Positions 12,248 through 25,106 of a stretch of 64,000 bases of DNA are shown here, one piece after another. Every line of letters begins with the position of its first letter. The first letter of the stretch is position 1. The notes beneath the pieces were generated by a model. The model did not search any database. It was not told the origin of the DNA and saw only the letters and a list, made by a program, of their open reading frames with translations. The stretch lies in contig NIVC01002859.1 in assembly GCA_002269645.1 (NCBI GenBank), forward strand, positions 1 to 64,000. The letters are read 5' to 3'. The stretch is from Macrostomum lignano. Lineage: Eukaryota. The translations under genes and the position numbers were made by a program.

Positions 12248-13032
12248 ATGAGTTCGGGACTCAATGCATTGGTCGCTGTTGCAGTGGTCGCTCTGCTGGT
12301 CTCCGGGTCGCTGTGCCAGCGCAAAGCCACTCCGGTCTATGTGGGCTGCTTCGTTGACCAAGCTGCTCCCAACAGAGACATGCAGGGCCTGTTTGGCATC
12401 GCCCAGCTTGGACCGTTTAGCGTCACCTATATGGCGCAAGGCTTTGTGCGAAGAAGCGACATGACGGTGGATCTGTGCAGAGAGATCTGCACCTACGGCG
12501 GCTTTCGATACTCTGCAGTTCAGGGCATCAATGACTGCGCCTGCGACTCCAGCTACGGCTCATTCGGACAAGCGCCTGAAGCTGATTGCGTGTACCAATG
12601 CTCCGGAATGCCGCCCAGATTTGCGGCGGATCGTACCGAAACTCCATATACGAGAATGTGTACTCAACTAGTGAGTCAATTTGCATAGTCACCCTATTTT
12701 ATTGCATAGTCGCAATTGTTTATTCTACGAGCATATGAATAGGATTTTTCTAAACTTTGCTAAACCCTTTTTTATTCGCCGAAGGCTCCCAAGGGCGTCT
12801 CTTCCGCAAGTTCGCCGCCTCTGCCGCCCCTCCGCTGGTCACCACTGCCGAATTCGCCGGCTCCCTGGGCTGGGACGTCAAGACGCAGAATCTGATGCAG
12901 TGCGCCGCCTCCTGCGCCCGGTCTGCCAGCTGCTCCTCCTATCGCTTCAACAGCAGCAGCGGCCTCTGCCGCCTCAGCAGCTTCGCCACTGCCTTCGCCA
13001 ACGAGACTGGCGATGTCTGGATCTCCGCCTAA
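12248..13032 (+). CDS. Secreted WSC-domain + PAN/apple-like protein, copy 1 (apparent 1-nt frameshift)
   Basis: Exons 12248-12670 and 12785-13032 (GTGAGT...GAAG, phase 1). Signal peptide; WSC motifs YVGCFVD, MTVDLCREIC, YSAVQ..C.C; exon 2 QCAASC..SASCSSYRF..SSGLCRL. Alignment with copy 2 shows one base missing at about 12605-12608. Confidence 0.8.
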
Positions 13033-13257
13033 ATAAAGCCTTTAAGCTGGCTGGCTCACTGACTGCCGCGGTGTTTTTGTGATTCGTTCAATTCACAGTT
13101 CTCTTTTGGAAGGGAATAATTAATTTAAAGCAAAAATATAATGAAACTTGAAAGAATAATGCAAATTTTGCTGTTTTGGGGTTTCACACCTCAAAGATTT
13201 ATTATACCAAGAAGACCGAGTTTATATATTTCATTTCAGCATTCGATTCCGAATAGA

Positions 13258-13555
13258 TAACAATAACAATTTATTGCACCTGCCCCTATGGTCAGATATG
13301 CAACCGACAGCTCAGCTGCAGCTATTGCGCGGTGCATCTGAAGGCTGCGTACGGCTGTTCAGTCCAAGTACTGGGGGGTCGCCACACACACCCTCAATTA
13401 CCCCAGCTAATGCTGGCACCCATTTTATAGCTGGGTGAACTGAAGCGATGCAGAGTAAAGTGTCTTGCTCAAGGAGACAATTTGTTGGATCCGGGAATCG
13501 AACCCCCGACCTTTAAGTCGCGAGTTCGATGATCTAACCACCAGGCTACAACCCC
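13258..13555 (-). mobile_element. tRNA-derived SINE, copy A
   Basis: Reverse complement begins GGGGTTGTAGCCTGGTGG (A box) ... GGTTCGATTCCC (B box), then CCTTGAGCAAGACACTT...TAAAATGGGTGCC and a tail shared with copies at 15591 and 29950. Confidence 0.85.
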
Positions 13556-13746
13556 AGGAAAAAGGTTCTGGTTGTCCTTAATTTGAACATAAATGACTGA
13601 GTCTAAGACAGCTCCGCGTTAATTTCAACTTATTTTCGTCTCCATAAGCTCAATAGACATATTTTGTGGTAATCAAAATGAAATAAAACTGAGTAAAACC
13701 TCATAGCTGACAGATAATGCAAGACCAATAGCAACTCAGCTGTTCG

Positions 13747-16700
13747 TCAAAGCATAATTCGATATTTTCGCAGCAGGTAGCTCGTACTGGAGACTGAGAA
13801 TGGCAGTTGAGAGTCAATTTTCATGAACGCATCCATCCTCATCATGGTCCGCTGCAGTTAAAGTAAATTGAGTTCACCACACCTCGCCGCCCTGTAATAA
13901 AGGTAGCGTTAATCTGTAAGGTGTCAAGTCACAAATTGCGTTCAATTCTACTATCAAGACCTTGTGGCGGTGACGCCACACGCGCGTGCGCGCTCCGGCA
14001 GCCACCCCAACCCCGGCCGGGAGGGCCGGCGCTATGTGCACGGTCGCTGTGCGTTGATTGGTTGCCCAGTGTACACCGCTGGCCTATATAACTTTAGACC
14101 TTTGTCTCGCGCGCCTCCACCCTGCCACTTCCAAATAAACTTTACGTGGCTCAACTCGCCACAACCTTGAATATTCCTGACCTGCAGTTCCTGGAGAAGC
14201 GTTCTGAAAGTGATAAAGTATTGAATTTTCAAAGTAGACTTCATCTGGTGAAATACTGGACAAAAGGTGCTCAGGAAGCAACGACTCACTCGAACAGTTT
14301 TCTACCTCTGCGCCCGCAGTACCGGGCCAACTTGTAGCGCTCGATGTCGCTCAGGGAAACTTGAAGATTCTGCATGTTTGAGGCCACAGAAAGCACAGCA
14401 AATTCAATATTATAGTAGACAGTTAGTAGAAATATAAATATAAAATAAATACTTGCTGGAGGGCTGTAAGCACCCTGGCACAACGCCTTCGGCGACATGG
14501 TACCACAACCAGAGCTGAGGCAATTCTACCCGTTCTGCCCGCTGACTCCTGAGTACATGCAAGTGCGCCAGTACTTTACACAGGAAACTCATTCACACGC
14601 TCACACAAGGTGTACAGCGGACCTGACTTATACTTGAGTAGAATGCATGATAGCCATCTAAGGGCCAACCCGAAGCATTCACTAAATTCTCGTATCACGC
14701 CTCATGCAGAAGCAGAAGCTTTGACCATTTAGCTGAGACCCATAATCCAGAGACCTGTCCACGCTCTATACACACGCGGTAACGTGCGTTATTTAAGAAA
14801 AATACGATGACTATTCAACGTAGTCTTCTAGTGGTCCTTATGGCCATCATGCATTGACTAACGGCAATTTAAGGCTCATTCGAAGCCGTCATCAAATGAT
14901 AACAACGGAATACGAGCTAACGGGTCTTTAAATCACAAGGTAAGCTCTGTCGCACGGTCCCTACCTGCAGTCCTGCGATGAATCCGTTGATTCCCCCGCT
15001 TGCTGCCTTGACTGTCGAAGTTTCCCCATTGTCGCCCTTGCCGTCGCCGCCTCCTCCGCCAGCAGCAAACAGGCCCCGCAGTTCGTCTAGCCCGATGCGC
15101 AATGCCTTGACGTGCTCGAAGGTCCGTTCAACCAGCTGGTGCCGACGATTATTGAAGCTGGTCTGGCCCTGCCGCACTCCGTCGGGCGCAGCCACGCAGC
15201 CGTAGGTGACGCGCAGGAGGCGTCCCGTCTGCAGGCGCGCCAGGCTGACCAGGAACTGTGGCGGCACAGCGATGCCGCTCAAGTCGACATCCTTGATGCC
15301 GTGACCGGAGGTAATGGCGTCCTTCAGGAACGGCTCCAACAGGGCGGGGGTGTCCTTCGACTCGATGGGGTTGTAGCCGAGCTAAAGACAAGCCGGTTGC
15401 GGTGACAAATTTATTTAGAAAAGAATCAAATCCAATGATATAAACGGAGATTTTAGTTGAAAAACAAGGAAAGTTATTTAAGAAATAAGTGACAGGGCGT
15501 TAAGAGAGATAAGTGACAGGGCGTTTCTGAAGTTTAATGTTGGAAATACTGGTGCAGCATCGCTTCTTGTTCTGCCTGTTCTTGTTTGAAGGGGTTGTAG
15601 CCTAGTGGTCAGGGCGTCGGACCCACGACTAAAAGGTCGGGGGTTCGACTCTCGACCCACTCGGAACAAGTTGTGCCCTTGAGCAAGACGGGTACCAGTT
15701 TTAAAATGGGTGCCAGAATTAGCTGGGGTAATTGAGGGTGTGTGTGTGTGTGTGTGGCGACCCCCCAGTGCATGGACTGAATAGTCGTACGCAGCCTTCA
15801 GATGCGGCTGAGCTGTCGGTTGCACATCTGTCCATTAGGGCAAGTGTAATCATTTATATTATGTCAATTGATATTTATTCAAGAAGAACTTTGCAAGCCT
15901 ACAAAACTAACCTAACTGCGTTTTGACAATTACAGCTTCAATCACAACCCGAATTTGCTCAAAAATTTTCGAAATGTCAAAATAAGTTTCTGAGTAACTG
16001 ACTGTCAACGATCTTTTACCGGAAAGTTTTTTGTAAAAAAATCAATTTCAGGTTTTGGCAATCATAGCCAGAAAGCCTCTTAGTCTTTCCGCCATCTACC
16101 CACCAAAGCAGCTTTGTCCCATGCACTGGATCCTCCACTTCCTGCGCCTTTGAACAAAAGGGAAGGACCAAGTTTCTTTTAGCACTTTTGCCAGAAATCG
16201 CGCAGTCACCCCGTCTTCCATCTATTTTTCTTCCAAAATTTCAGGTTGCTTAAAGCAGGAAATTGGCAGCAGGATGCTGGCATCCGATCAAAACTCCAAC
16301 AGGTTAGCAAAGTTTTAAAGCAGCAACAAGTGAGACGCATCTGCGAGACAGGAGTTAGCAAGTTCAGCTACAAGTCATGCGTGCCTGTCTCGCTGCATGG
16401 GCGGCTGCTGCCCTGGTCTCTCTGCTGGTATCCAAGTCGCTGAGCCAGCACAAAGTTACTCCAGTCTACGTCGGCTGCTTCGAAGACCAAGCTGCTCCCA
16501 ACAGAGACATGCAGGGCCTTGTTGGCATCTCTCAGCTGGGACCATTCAGCGTCACCTACATGGCGCAGGCCACTGTGAGAAGAGACGACATGACGGTGGA
16601 TCTGTGCAGCGAGATCTGCACCTACGGCGGCTTCCGGTACGCTGGTGTGCAAGCTTACACCGACTGTACATGCGACTCCAGTTACGGCTCCTTGGGTCCC

Positions 16701-19700
16701 GCGCCAGAATCTGATTGCATGTACCCATGCAGAGGGAATGCCAGTCAGATTTGCGGCGGACCGTACCGAAACTCCATCTACGAGAATGTGTACTCGTTTG
16801 GTAAATATGTCTGCAGTTTTCTTCGTGCGTTGATTGTTCTCATATAAGTCGTATATGTGTAGGTCGTATAGTTATTATGCAGCCAATTGATTCTTGATCA
16901 TGTTTGTGCGCTTGGGTTTGCAGGCTCCCAAAAGCTCCGTCGCTTCCGGAAGATTGCTGCATCAGCCGCCCCTTCGCTGGTCACATCGGGCGGCTCTCAG
17001 GGCTGGAGCATCACGACGCGGAGTCTCGTCATGTGCGCCGGCTTCTGCGCTCGGACTGCCAGCTGCGTTGCCTATCGCTTCAACGAAAGCAGTGGTCTCT
17101 GCCAGCTCAGCAGCTTCGCCGCCCTCTTTATGAACGAAACAGGCGAAGCCTGGATTGCCGTCTGATGCCCTGGAGTTGGCAGCGGCAGGCTCTGGGGCAG
17201 AAATTGCCATCATTCTGAATCATCTGCCTCGATCCATGCTGCTGATGAACACTAAACTTTAACGTTTCCACGAAAGCCGCCACTGACTTAGCTCTATAAT
17301 GAATGCTCCCACAATCTGTTTCTAGCAGTAGGAATACAAAGCCATTTTCGCCCCTTTTTTATCAACGGGGATTTATTTGTCCAACTGGCTTTTCACTGTG
17401 TGTCGGAACGGAGCAACACGAAATTAAAGAACAAGGCCTAACCTTTTGTTGCGCACTTTAAAAAAAATAATCAAGTCTCCACCTCTCCAGACAGTCGAGA
17501 TATTCAGCGATTCTGCCTGAGGGTCGATATTCCCTATCCGCCTCAGCAGAGGTCTCCAGATTTCACAAAATGGAACAATTTTCACAACTGCTACTTATAG
17601 TAGAGCATTGTAGATAAATAAGGAATTACTGAGCAATGCAAAAATTTTACAACTAGGACTCACATCTAGCGTGGTGAGACTGGAGTTCTGCTGCAGAGTC
17701 TGCACAATGGCCAGCGCGGACCGGCCGGACATCCGGTTGTGCCTGAGGCGCAGCTTCTCCAGCACGAAGTTCTTGCGCAGAGCCGTCACCAAGCCCTGGC
17801 AGGAGCGGTCGCTGAAGCCGTTCCAGGACAGATCGAGGTCCTTCAGCCCGTTGTTGGCCTGCACGACGAAGAATAACCGCACTTTGTAGAAAACTTCATG
17901 AATTATTGAGAGTGAAACGAGTCGGAAAGCACCTGCAGTCTGAGCATGCAAGGAGGCTGCTGGCAGAGCATAGTCAAAGGGAAATTTATGATTAGTGCGA
18001 GGACAGAGTACCTGAGCAGGGAACGCGTCCGACTCTCGCTTGTGCATGAAAATTTACCTGAGGCTTGTCGTGCGATGCATGAGGGGCCAGTCCCCAAGGC
18101 ACAGAGTGCACGTGCCTGACGATTAGAAAGTCAGGGCCCCTGTACACCCCGTTGCGTAGTCCCCCGTACTCACCCCAATGTCACGTGACTCTCAGCCAAC
18201 CAACTATTTATGTCTACATTGAGTAGCCCGATACCCGTAATCACCCCAGTGTCACGTGACTCTCAGCTAATCAACTATTTATGTCTACACTGAGTAGCCC
18301 GATCCCGTACTCACCCCAATGTCACGTGACTCTCAGCCAACCAACTATTTATGTCTACATTGAGTAGCCCGATCCCGTACTCACCCCAATGTCACGTGAC
18401 TCTCAGCCAACCAACTATTTATGTCTCCATTGAGTAGCCCGATCCCGTACTCACCCCAATGTCACGTGACTCTCAGCCAACCAACTATTTATGTCTACAT
18501 TGAGTAGCCCGATCCCCGTAATCACCCCAATGTCACGTGACTCTCAGCCAACCAACTATTTATGTCTACATTGAGTAGCCCGATCCCGTACTCACCCCAA
18601 TGTCACGTGACTCTCAGCCAACCAACTATTTATGTCTACATTGAGTAGCCCGATCCCGTACTCACCCCAATGTCACGTGACTCTCAGCCAACCAACTATT
18701 TATGTCTCCATTGAGTAGCCCGATCCCCGTACTCACCCCAATGTCACGTGACTCTCAGCCAACCAACTATTTATGTCTACATTGAGTAGCCCGATCCCGT
18801 ACTTACCACAATGTCACGTGACTCTCAGCCAACCAACTATTTATGTCTACATTGAGTAGCCCGATCCCGTACTCACCCCAATGTCACGTGACTCTCAGCC
18901 AACCAACTATTTATGTCTACATTGAGTAGCCCGATCCCGTACTTACCACAATGTCACGTGACTCTCAGCCAACCAACTATTTATGTCTCCATTGAGTAGC
19001 CCGATCCCGTACTCACCCCAATGTCACGTGACTCTCAGCCAACCAACTATTTATGTCTCCATTGAGTAGCCCGATCCCGTACTCACCCCAATGTCACGTG
19101 ACTCTCAGCCAACCAACTATTTATGTCTACACTGAGTAGCCCGATCCCCCGTACTCACGTAGAGTCCTTTCGTCAGGCTGTTGGCTCCCTCTTCTCGGAT
19201 GCGGTTCCAGCTGAGATCCAGCACTTCCAGTGTGTCATTGTAGCCTAAAAATTCAATGCATTAAATTTTTTATTCATGTTTTTGCGCTCTCTCAGGTGTA
19301 AAAGTGCAAAAAGATTTTAGAGCATTTCTTACCTAGAGCAGACTCCATGCCGCCATCGTTGCATTCGATAGCATTCTTTGATAGAATTAACTGCTTGAGG
19401 TGAATGTTGTTCTGCAATGCAAATCAACGGAGACTTCGCAAGTTAAGCTCAAGCTAATCTTAAATTTTTAGAACAACTGAGTTACCTCTAACAGTTTACA
19501 GACGAACGCAGCTTCCTTATCAGTGATGGAGTTGTGAGACAGATCGAGCTTGGCTAGGCTGTTGTTGTTTAGCAGAGCTGAGCACAGACCCGCCAAGCCG
19601 CGCTCGCCAAGGCCGTTTGAGGACAAGTCCTTGGGGGCAGAGAGAATGAAGAGAATCTTTAAAGATTTTTGTCTGCTTTCATGTGTTTTGTAAGGAGCCT

Positions 19701-21707
19701 GGCATTCGAGCCTTGACAGATACAATGGTGTCTGGAGGGCAGTAGTGTGTCTTTAGGGGCAGTATAGTGTGTCTGGAGGTGCAGTACTGTGTCTGGAGGG
19801 GCAGTCTTGTGTCTGGAGGGGCAGTACTGTCTCTGGAGGGGCAGTCGTGTGTCTGGAGGGGCAGTACTGTCTCTGGAGGGGCAGTCGTGTGTCTGGAGGG
19901 GCAGTAGTGTCTCTGGAGGGGCAGTAGTGTGTGTTGAGGGGCAGTAGTGTGTCTGGAGGGGCAGTAGTGTGTCTGGGAGGGCAGTAGTGTGTCTGGGAGG
20001 GCAGTACTGTGTCTGGGAGGGCAGTACTGTGTCTGGGAGGGCAGTATGTGTCTGGGAGGGCAGTACTGTGTCTGGGAGGGCAGTATGTGTCTGGGAGGGC
20101 AGTACTGTGTCTGGGAGGGCAGTATGTGTCTGGGAGGGCAGTACTGGGAAGGACAGCACTGTGTCTTGAAAGGCCTTAGAGGTTTCAAAGAAATGGTGCA
20201 GTTTGTGCTTTTTGAGAGGTGGTAGCATTTTCCGATGAGGCAATGGAGAATCTGTAAACCAATTTTTGCCCTCAATCTGAAAACAGACATCAAGCCAACT
20301 TTGAGCACTGCTCACTAGCTCGCGCAGCCGCCTAGCTGTGTTGACCATGTCGCACAGGGCAAGCAGACCGTCATCCAGAATGTTGTTCTCCGGAATGCTG
20401 ATGCTGCTGATGCTCTCGCTGTTCTGCAATCGCGCAAGGATGACGTTGCTCTTGCGTTTGTGCCGATAGGTCATAACGACAATGCTTGACTCACCCGCAG
20501 GCTCATAGCCACAGCCTTGGTGCCTTTAGGGCCCAGCGGCCGGCCCCGCATGTGCAGCCGGTCGCGGCCGAAGCTCCGCTTGACAGTGGAGACGGGCACC
20601 ACGCCGAGCTGGCGGCAGGACGACTCGTAGCGCTGGCGTAACACGTCCTGAGCGTCGCTGGACTCCGGCTCGTGGCCGTCTGGGTTGGAGGTAATGGGTG
20701 AGCAGGGCTAACTGCAGGCACTGGGGCTCTTGAAGAGATTCCTGTGGGTCATGCTACAGTTCTGAGGGTCATGCTACAGTTCTGAGGGTCATGCTACAGT
20801 TCTGAAGGTCATGCTACAGTTCTGAGGGTCATGCTACAGTTCTGTGGGTCATGCTACAGTTCTGTGGGTCATACTACAGTTCTGAGGGTCATGCTACAGT
20901 TCTGTGAGTCATGCTACAGTTCTGTGGGTCATGCTACAGTTCTGTGGGTCACGCTACAGTTCTGTGGGTCATGCTACAGTTCTGAGGGTCATGCTACAGT
21001 TCTGAGGGTCATGCTACAGTTCTGAGGGTCATGCTACAGTTCTGAGGGTCATGCTACAGTTCTGTGGGTCATGCTACAGTTCTGAGGGTCATGCTACAGT
21101 TCTGAGGGTCATGCTACAGTTCTGAGGGTCATGCTACAGTTCTGTGAGTCATGCTACAGTTCTGAGGGTCATGCTAAAGTTATGAGGGTCATGCTACAGT
21201 TCTGTGGGTCATGCTGCAGTTATGAGGGTCATGCTACAGTTCTGTGGGTCATACTACAGTTCTGTGGGTCATGCTACAGTTATGAGGGTTATGCTACAGT
21301 TCTGTGGGTCATACTACAGTTCTGTGGGTCATGCTACAGTTCTGTGGGTCATGCTACAGTTCTGTGGGTCAAGTCCGAGCCTTTAACTGACTGTGGAGCA
21401 GCATTAAACCGCCGCAGCGGCACCCACCGTCCTCCATGATGTTGTAGCCGGTGAAGGTGAACTCCCGCAGCAACATCGATGGGTCGCGCATCATCGGCGG
21501 CAGCCTCGCTGGCGGCTGCTGCCTGCCCAGGTTGGTGCGCTCCTGACTGCGCCGCGGGTGGCTGGTGATCGGCAGGCTGACGGGCAGTGCTAGGCCCCGG
21601 CTGCCCTGACGTGGGCCGAGGCCGTCGATGCCGCGGTTGCCGGGGCCAACTACGAAGACCCGCTGCTGCTGCTGCTGCTGCGGTTGCTGACGCCGGCTGG
21701 CTGACAT
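13747..21707 (-). CDS. LRRC74A: LRRC74-like leucine-rich repeat protein (RNI-like LRRs), multi-exon
   Basis: Phase-consistent exons: 21707-21428, 20679-20495 (YESSCRQLGVVP...LGPKGTKAVA), 20423-20316, 19629-19486 (DLSSNGLG), 19411-19333, 19244-19159 (LDLSWNRI), 17858-17664 (LDLSWNGF), 15381-14965 (LGYNPI), 14369-14290. Probable last exons are about 14208-14180 and 13851-13747; the 3' end is less certain. Paralogue A versus B cannot be resolved. Confidence 0.78.
15591..15860 (+). mobile_element. tRNA-derived SINE, copy B (internal deletion in the core)
   Basis: GGGGTTGTAGCCTAGTGG...GGTTCGACTC head, then CCTTGAGCAAGAC, TAAAATGGGTGCCAG, TTAGCTGGGGTAATTGAGGG(TG)n GCGACCCCCC and the tail GAGCTGTCGGTTGCAC. 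Confidence 0.85.
16377..17165 (+). CDS. Secreted WSC-domain + PAN/apple-like protein, copy 2 (intact, nested in an LRRC74 intron)
   Basis: Exons 16377-16800 and 16924-17165 (GTAAAT...GCAG, phase 1), about 221 aa. Signal peptide, complete WSC domain (YVGCFED...CSEIC...C.C...C.YPC.GN.SQICGG..RNSIY), C-terminal MCAGFC..TASCVAYRF..SSGLCQL. Confidence 0.9.
18166..19158. repeat. Intronic minisatellite, 70-bp unit, about 14 copies
   Basis: Unit GTACTCACCCCAATGTCACGTGACTCTCAGCCAACCAACTATTTATGTCTACATTGAGTAGCCCGATCCC; the array abuts the donor of LRRC74 exon 6. Confidence 0.95.
19726..20146. repeat. Intronic minisatellite, about 20-22-bp unit
   Basis: GTGTCTGG(G)AGGG(G)CAGTAGT repeated, in LRRC74 intron 3. 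Confidence 0.93.
20743..21370. repeat. Intronic minisatellite, 20-bp unit, about 31 copies
   Basis: GGGTCATGCTACAGTTCTG(A/T) tandem, in LRRC74 intron 1. Confidence 0.95.
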
Positions 21708-22759
21708 GTTGAAGCTGTTTCTTCGAATCCCAGCAGTTGTGCTCACAGTTAAGGCTGCACTGTGCTCAAACTTTCTGCCTTGTCTCCGTTAGTCAGAACT
21801 CATTGATTCTCTTGCCAATTCAACAGGGGGCATTCCGCGGGGTGGCGGCAGCCAGAGTCTGTAGCGGGGAAGAGGCGCTGCGGGGGCTACAGGAGGGTAC
21901 GAGAAGATAAGAGCTCCTTTTTCGCTGCAAGTTTCCTCACTTTCCTGCGCAGTTCTTTAGCGAGTCGGCTCTCTGCCTAGCAGGCAGTTTTTTCTCCCTC
22001 ACCCTGGCAACAGATGATGGAGGCTGGCCCCCAGTTCTCTCCCTGCCGCACTCCCAGGGCGGTGTTTCAGGCGGCGGGCAAGGCTTCAGAGGAAGGAAGG
22101 ACTTGCTACCGGGGGGGGGGGGGGTTCGGCCGCCCGTTCCGTCCCTCATAGCTGCATGGGCCTCTCGCTCACGCCTTTCAATGCAGAATTAGCTGGTGAA
22201 TGTTAGCAGCAGAGAGATATGGGGGGGGGGCTTATGGGGTATGAAGGATGGGAAGAGAGTGCGACTGAAATGGGCTTCTGTTTTATTTGGGCAAAATTGA
22301 AATAAGAGTTTCAGTTTGTTTATGACAGACCAAGATTGAATTAAGTTAATGTAAAAAGTCGAGACGAAGTTGTTCTGCTTTCGAGAATGTTTCAGCAACC
22401 TGCCTGTCAAATGTCGTTAGTGGGGCCAAATAATTTTTAACGCAACACAAAGCAGAGGAGGCGACCCAGGAGCACCGTCAGGTTCAGCTGCTGAGAATAC
22501 AATTGATGCATTGTTTCACTTCTTTTAGGCTACTCTTCTCCTTCCCTTGAGTCGTGTACACAAATTTTGGAGCAGCTTTTACTGGTTTGATTAATGCATT
22601 TCAGTGCCACGACTTCCTTCTCTGTTCTTTGTCATCTACTCGTAAGCAAGATAAAGCATGTCGCAGATAGGTAAGCTCTCATATTTTACTACTTGTAGTA
22701 GCAACCGGGGCGTGCATAGTATATTACTTTAATATTATCAACATTATGCCTGTCTTAGT

Positions 22760-23270
<511 letters not shown>

Positions 23271-23861
23271 CGCAGTTATTTATAGAAACGTGAGAAGACA
23301 CAGTTAGTGCAGCACTGCAAGACAGGCCAGGCCCCTTGTCAGCAGCCCTGTTCCTTGGATTGATGGCTTGGTGAAGGGCCAAGGGGGGATTCGGTGCTTT
23401 CACTGGGAGAAGGGGGAGCAAAAATCAAATAATGAATGAGGAGGTCGAGCAGCAGCGCAGATGTCGCAGAATATTGGATAAGCGCTCCAAGCCAGCAGAT
23501 CAGGATATGGGATTAATTTCCCAGCGCCCCGAACTGTGGCTCCTATTTTCCTTTAAAAGCTCGCTTCAGTTGCGTGGGTGGGAGGCGGGTGGCGTCCGGG
23601 GCGCTGGGACTGCCACTCGGTGGGGGCAGGGAGTGCTAACCGCCCCCAAGGCCCGGGCGGAGCGGTGCGCAGAACGCTTTATGCCCGGCGTCTGGGCGGA
23701 GGAGAGCACTGGGGGAGCAGTTTGAGGGAGGGCAAAGAGAAAATGAGAACAGAACGCCTGGGATGGAGGGGAAGCTGAAAGAGAGAGGAGAGACGAGGTA
23801 GCATTGGAACGAGTGGGAGAAGGGAGGGAGAGGTGAGATAACAGAAGAGAGTTGGAAGTTG

Positions 23862-24305
23862 GAGAAGAGAGAGTAGACGCCTTGGGGGAGAGAGTAGAGG
23901 GACTTAAGGGAGAGAGTAGAGGGGCTTGAGGGAGAGAGTAGAGGGATTTGCGGGAGAGAGTAGATGGACATGAGGGAGAGATTAGAGGGACTTGAGGGAG
24001 AGATTAGAGGGACTTGAGGAAGAGATTAGAGGGACTTGAGGGAGAGAGTAGAGGGACTTGAGGAAGAGATTAGAGGGACTTGAGGAAGAGAGTAGAGGGA
24101 CTTGAGGGAGAGAGTAGAGGGACTTGAGGAAGAGTGTAGAGGGACTTGAGGGAGAGAGTAGAGGGATTTGCGGGAGAGAGTAGATGGACATGAGGGAGAG
24201 AGTAGGAGGAGTTAAGGGAGAGAGTAGAGGGATTTGCGGGAGAGAGTAGAGGGACGTGCGGGAGAGAGTAGAGGGACATGCGGGAGAGAGTAGAGGGACT
24301 TAAAG
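23862..24305. repeat. Purine-rich minisatellite, about 22-bp unit
   Basis: GAGGGAGAGAGTAGAGGGACTT and variants. Confidence 0.9.
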
Positions 24306-24932
24306 GGAACAGAAAACAGGTTGAACTTGAGAAACAGGGCTGAAGAGCAAGGAGAGAAGACACAGGCAAAGACAGAACTGCTACTGCAGTAGCGGAAAGT
24401 GACGGGACACTTGAAGAAGAGATGGCGAATCAGAAGCCGCTGTCATTGGACAGTGCAGTCTGGCATGAGTAGGGTTGGACTCTGGCCTCTGCTGCATGCC
24501 CAACTGCAGTTTTTATCTGGCACAGGGAGCCGTCTGAGAGCCCGCTAATCTCCGTTGACAGTCCAACAGGAAACAAGATTTCTAGAAAAAAGGTAGGCCA
24601 AGAGATTAACAGTTAACTGCGGCAGAGCCTACAAATGAAGGTTAATTGAAATTTCAGACCTTAGCTCCGAGATGGCGGAATGGCTGCTCTCTCGATCGCC
24701 CAGCTGTGAGGATGTCGGCCGGGTCACTGAGCGGTGCGCGGTTTCATTTATTTCTGCCGAATTTCATCTCTGAAATTGCTTTTTTATTGCTGGCGTCTGC
24801 GGCCGGCTTTTGGGACAGACGACTGGCTTGGATGACTTCCTGCTGGGGAATTGAGGGACCGGACTGCGCTGCCGCCATAGCATTTCTGAATTCAGAACTG
24901 GGTCGGTTTCAATGCGAGAGAATCATTGAATA

Positions 24933-25097
24933 GTGATTCTCACGGAGGTGAGGGCGATTCTCACGGAGGTGAGGGCGATTCTCACGGAGGTGAGGGCGAT
25001 TCTCACGGAGGAGAGGGCGATTCTCACGGAGGGTGAGGGTGGTTCTCACGGAGGGTGAGGGCGATTCTCACGGAAGTGAGGGTGATTCTCACGGAGA
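24933..25097. repeat. Minisatellite, 21-bp unit
   Basis: GATTCTCACGGAGGTGAGGGC, about 8 copies. Confidence 0.92.
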
Positions 25098-25106
25098 TAA
25101 GGATTG

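Noticed and set aside
13490-13555. tRNA-like sequences with A and B boxes (also at 15591 and 29950)
   Set aside because: Acceptor stems are imperfect and each continues into the same downstream body; these are SINE heads, not tRNA genes.
15367-15378. GGGGTTGTAGCC matching the SINE 5' end
   Set aside because: It lies inside LRRC74 exon 8 (antisense of GYNP codons) with no SINE sequence following; coincidence.
23432-23725. 97-aa plus-strand ORF with ATG
   Set aside because: No homology recognised and it runs into G-rich low-complexity sequence; support is insufficient.
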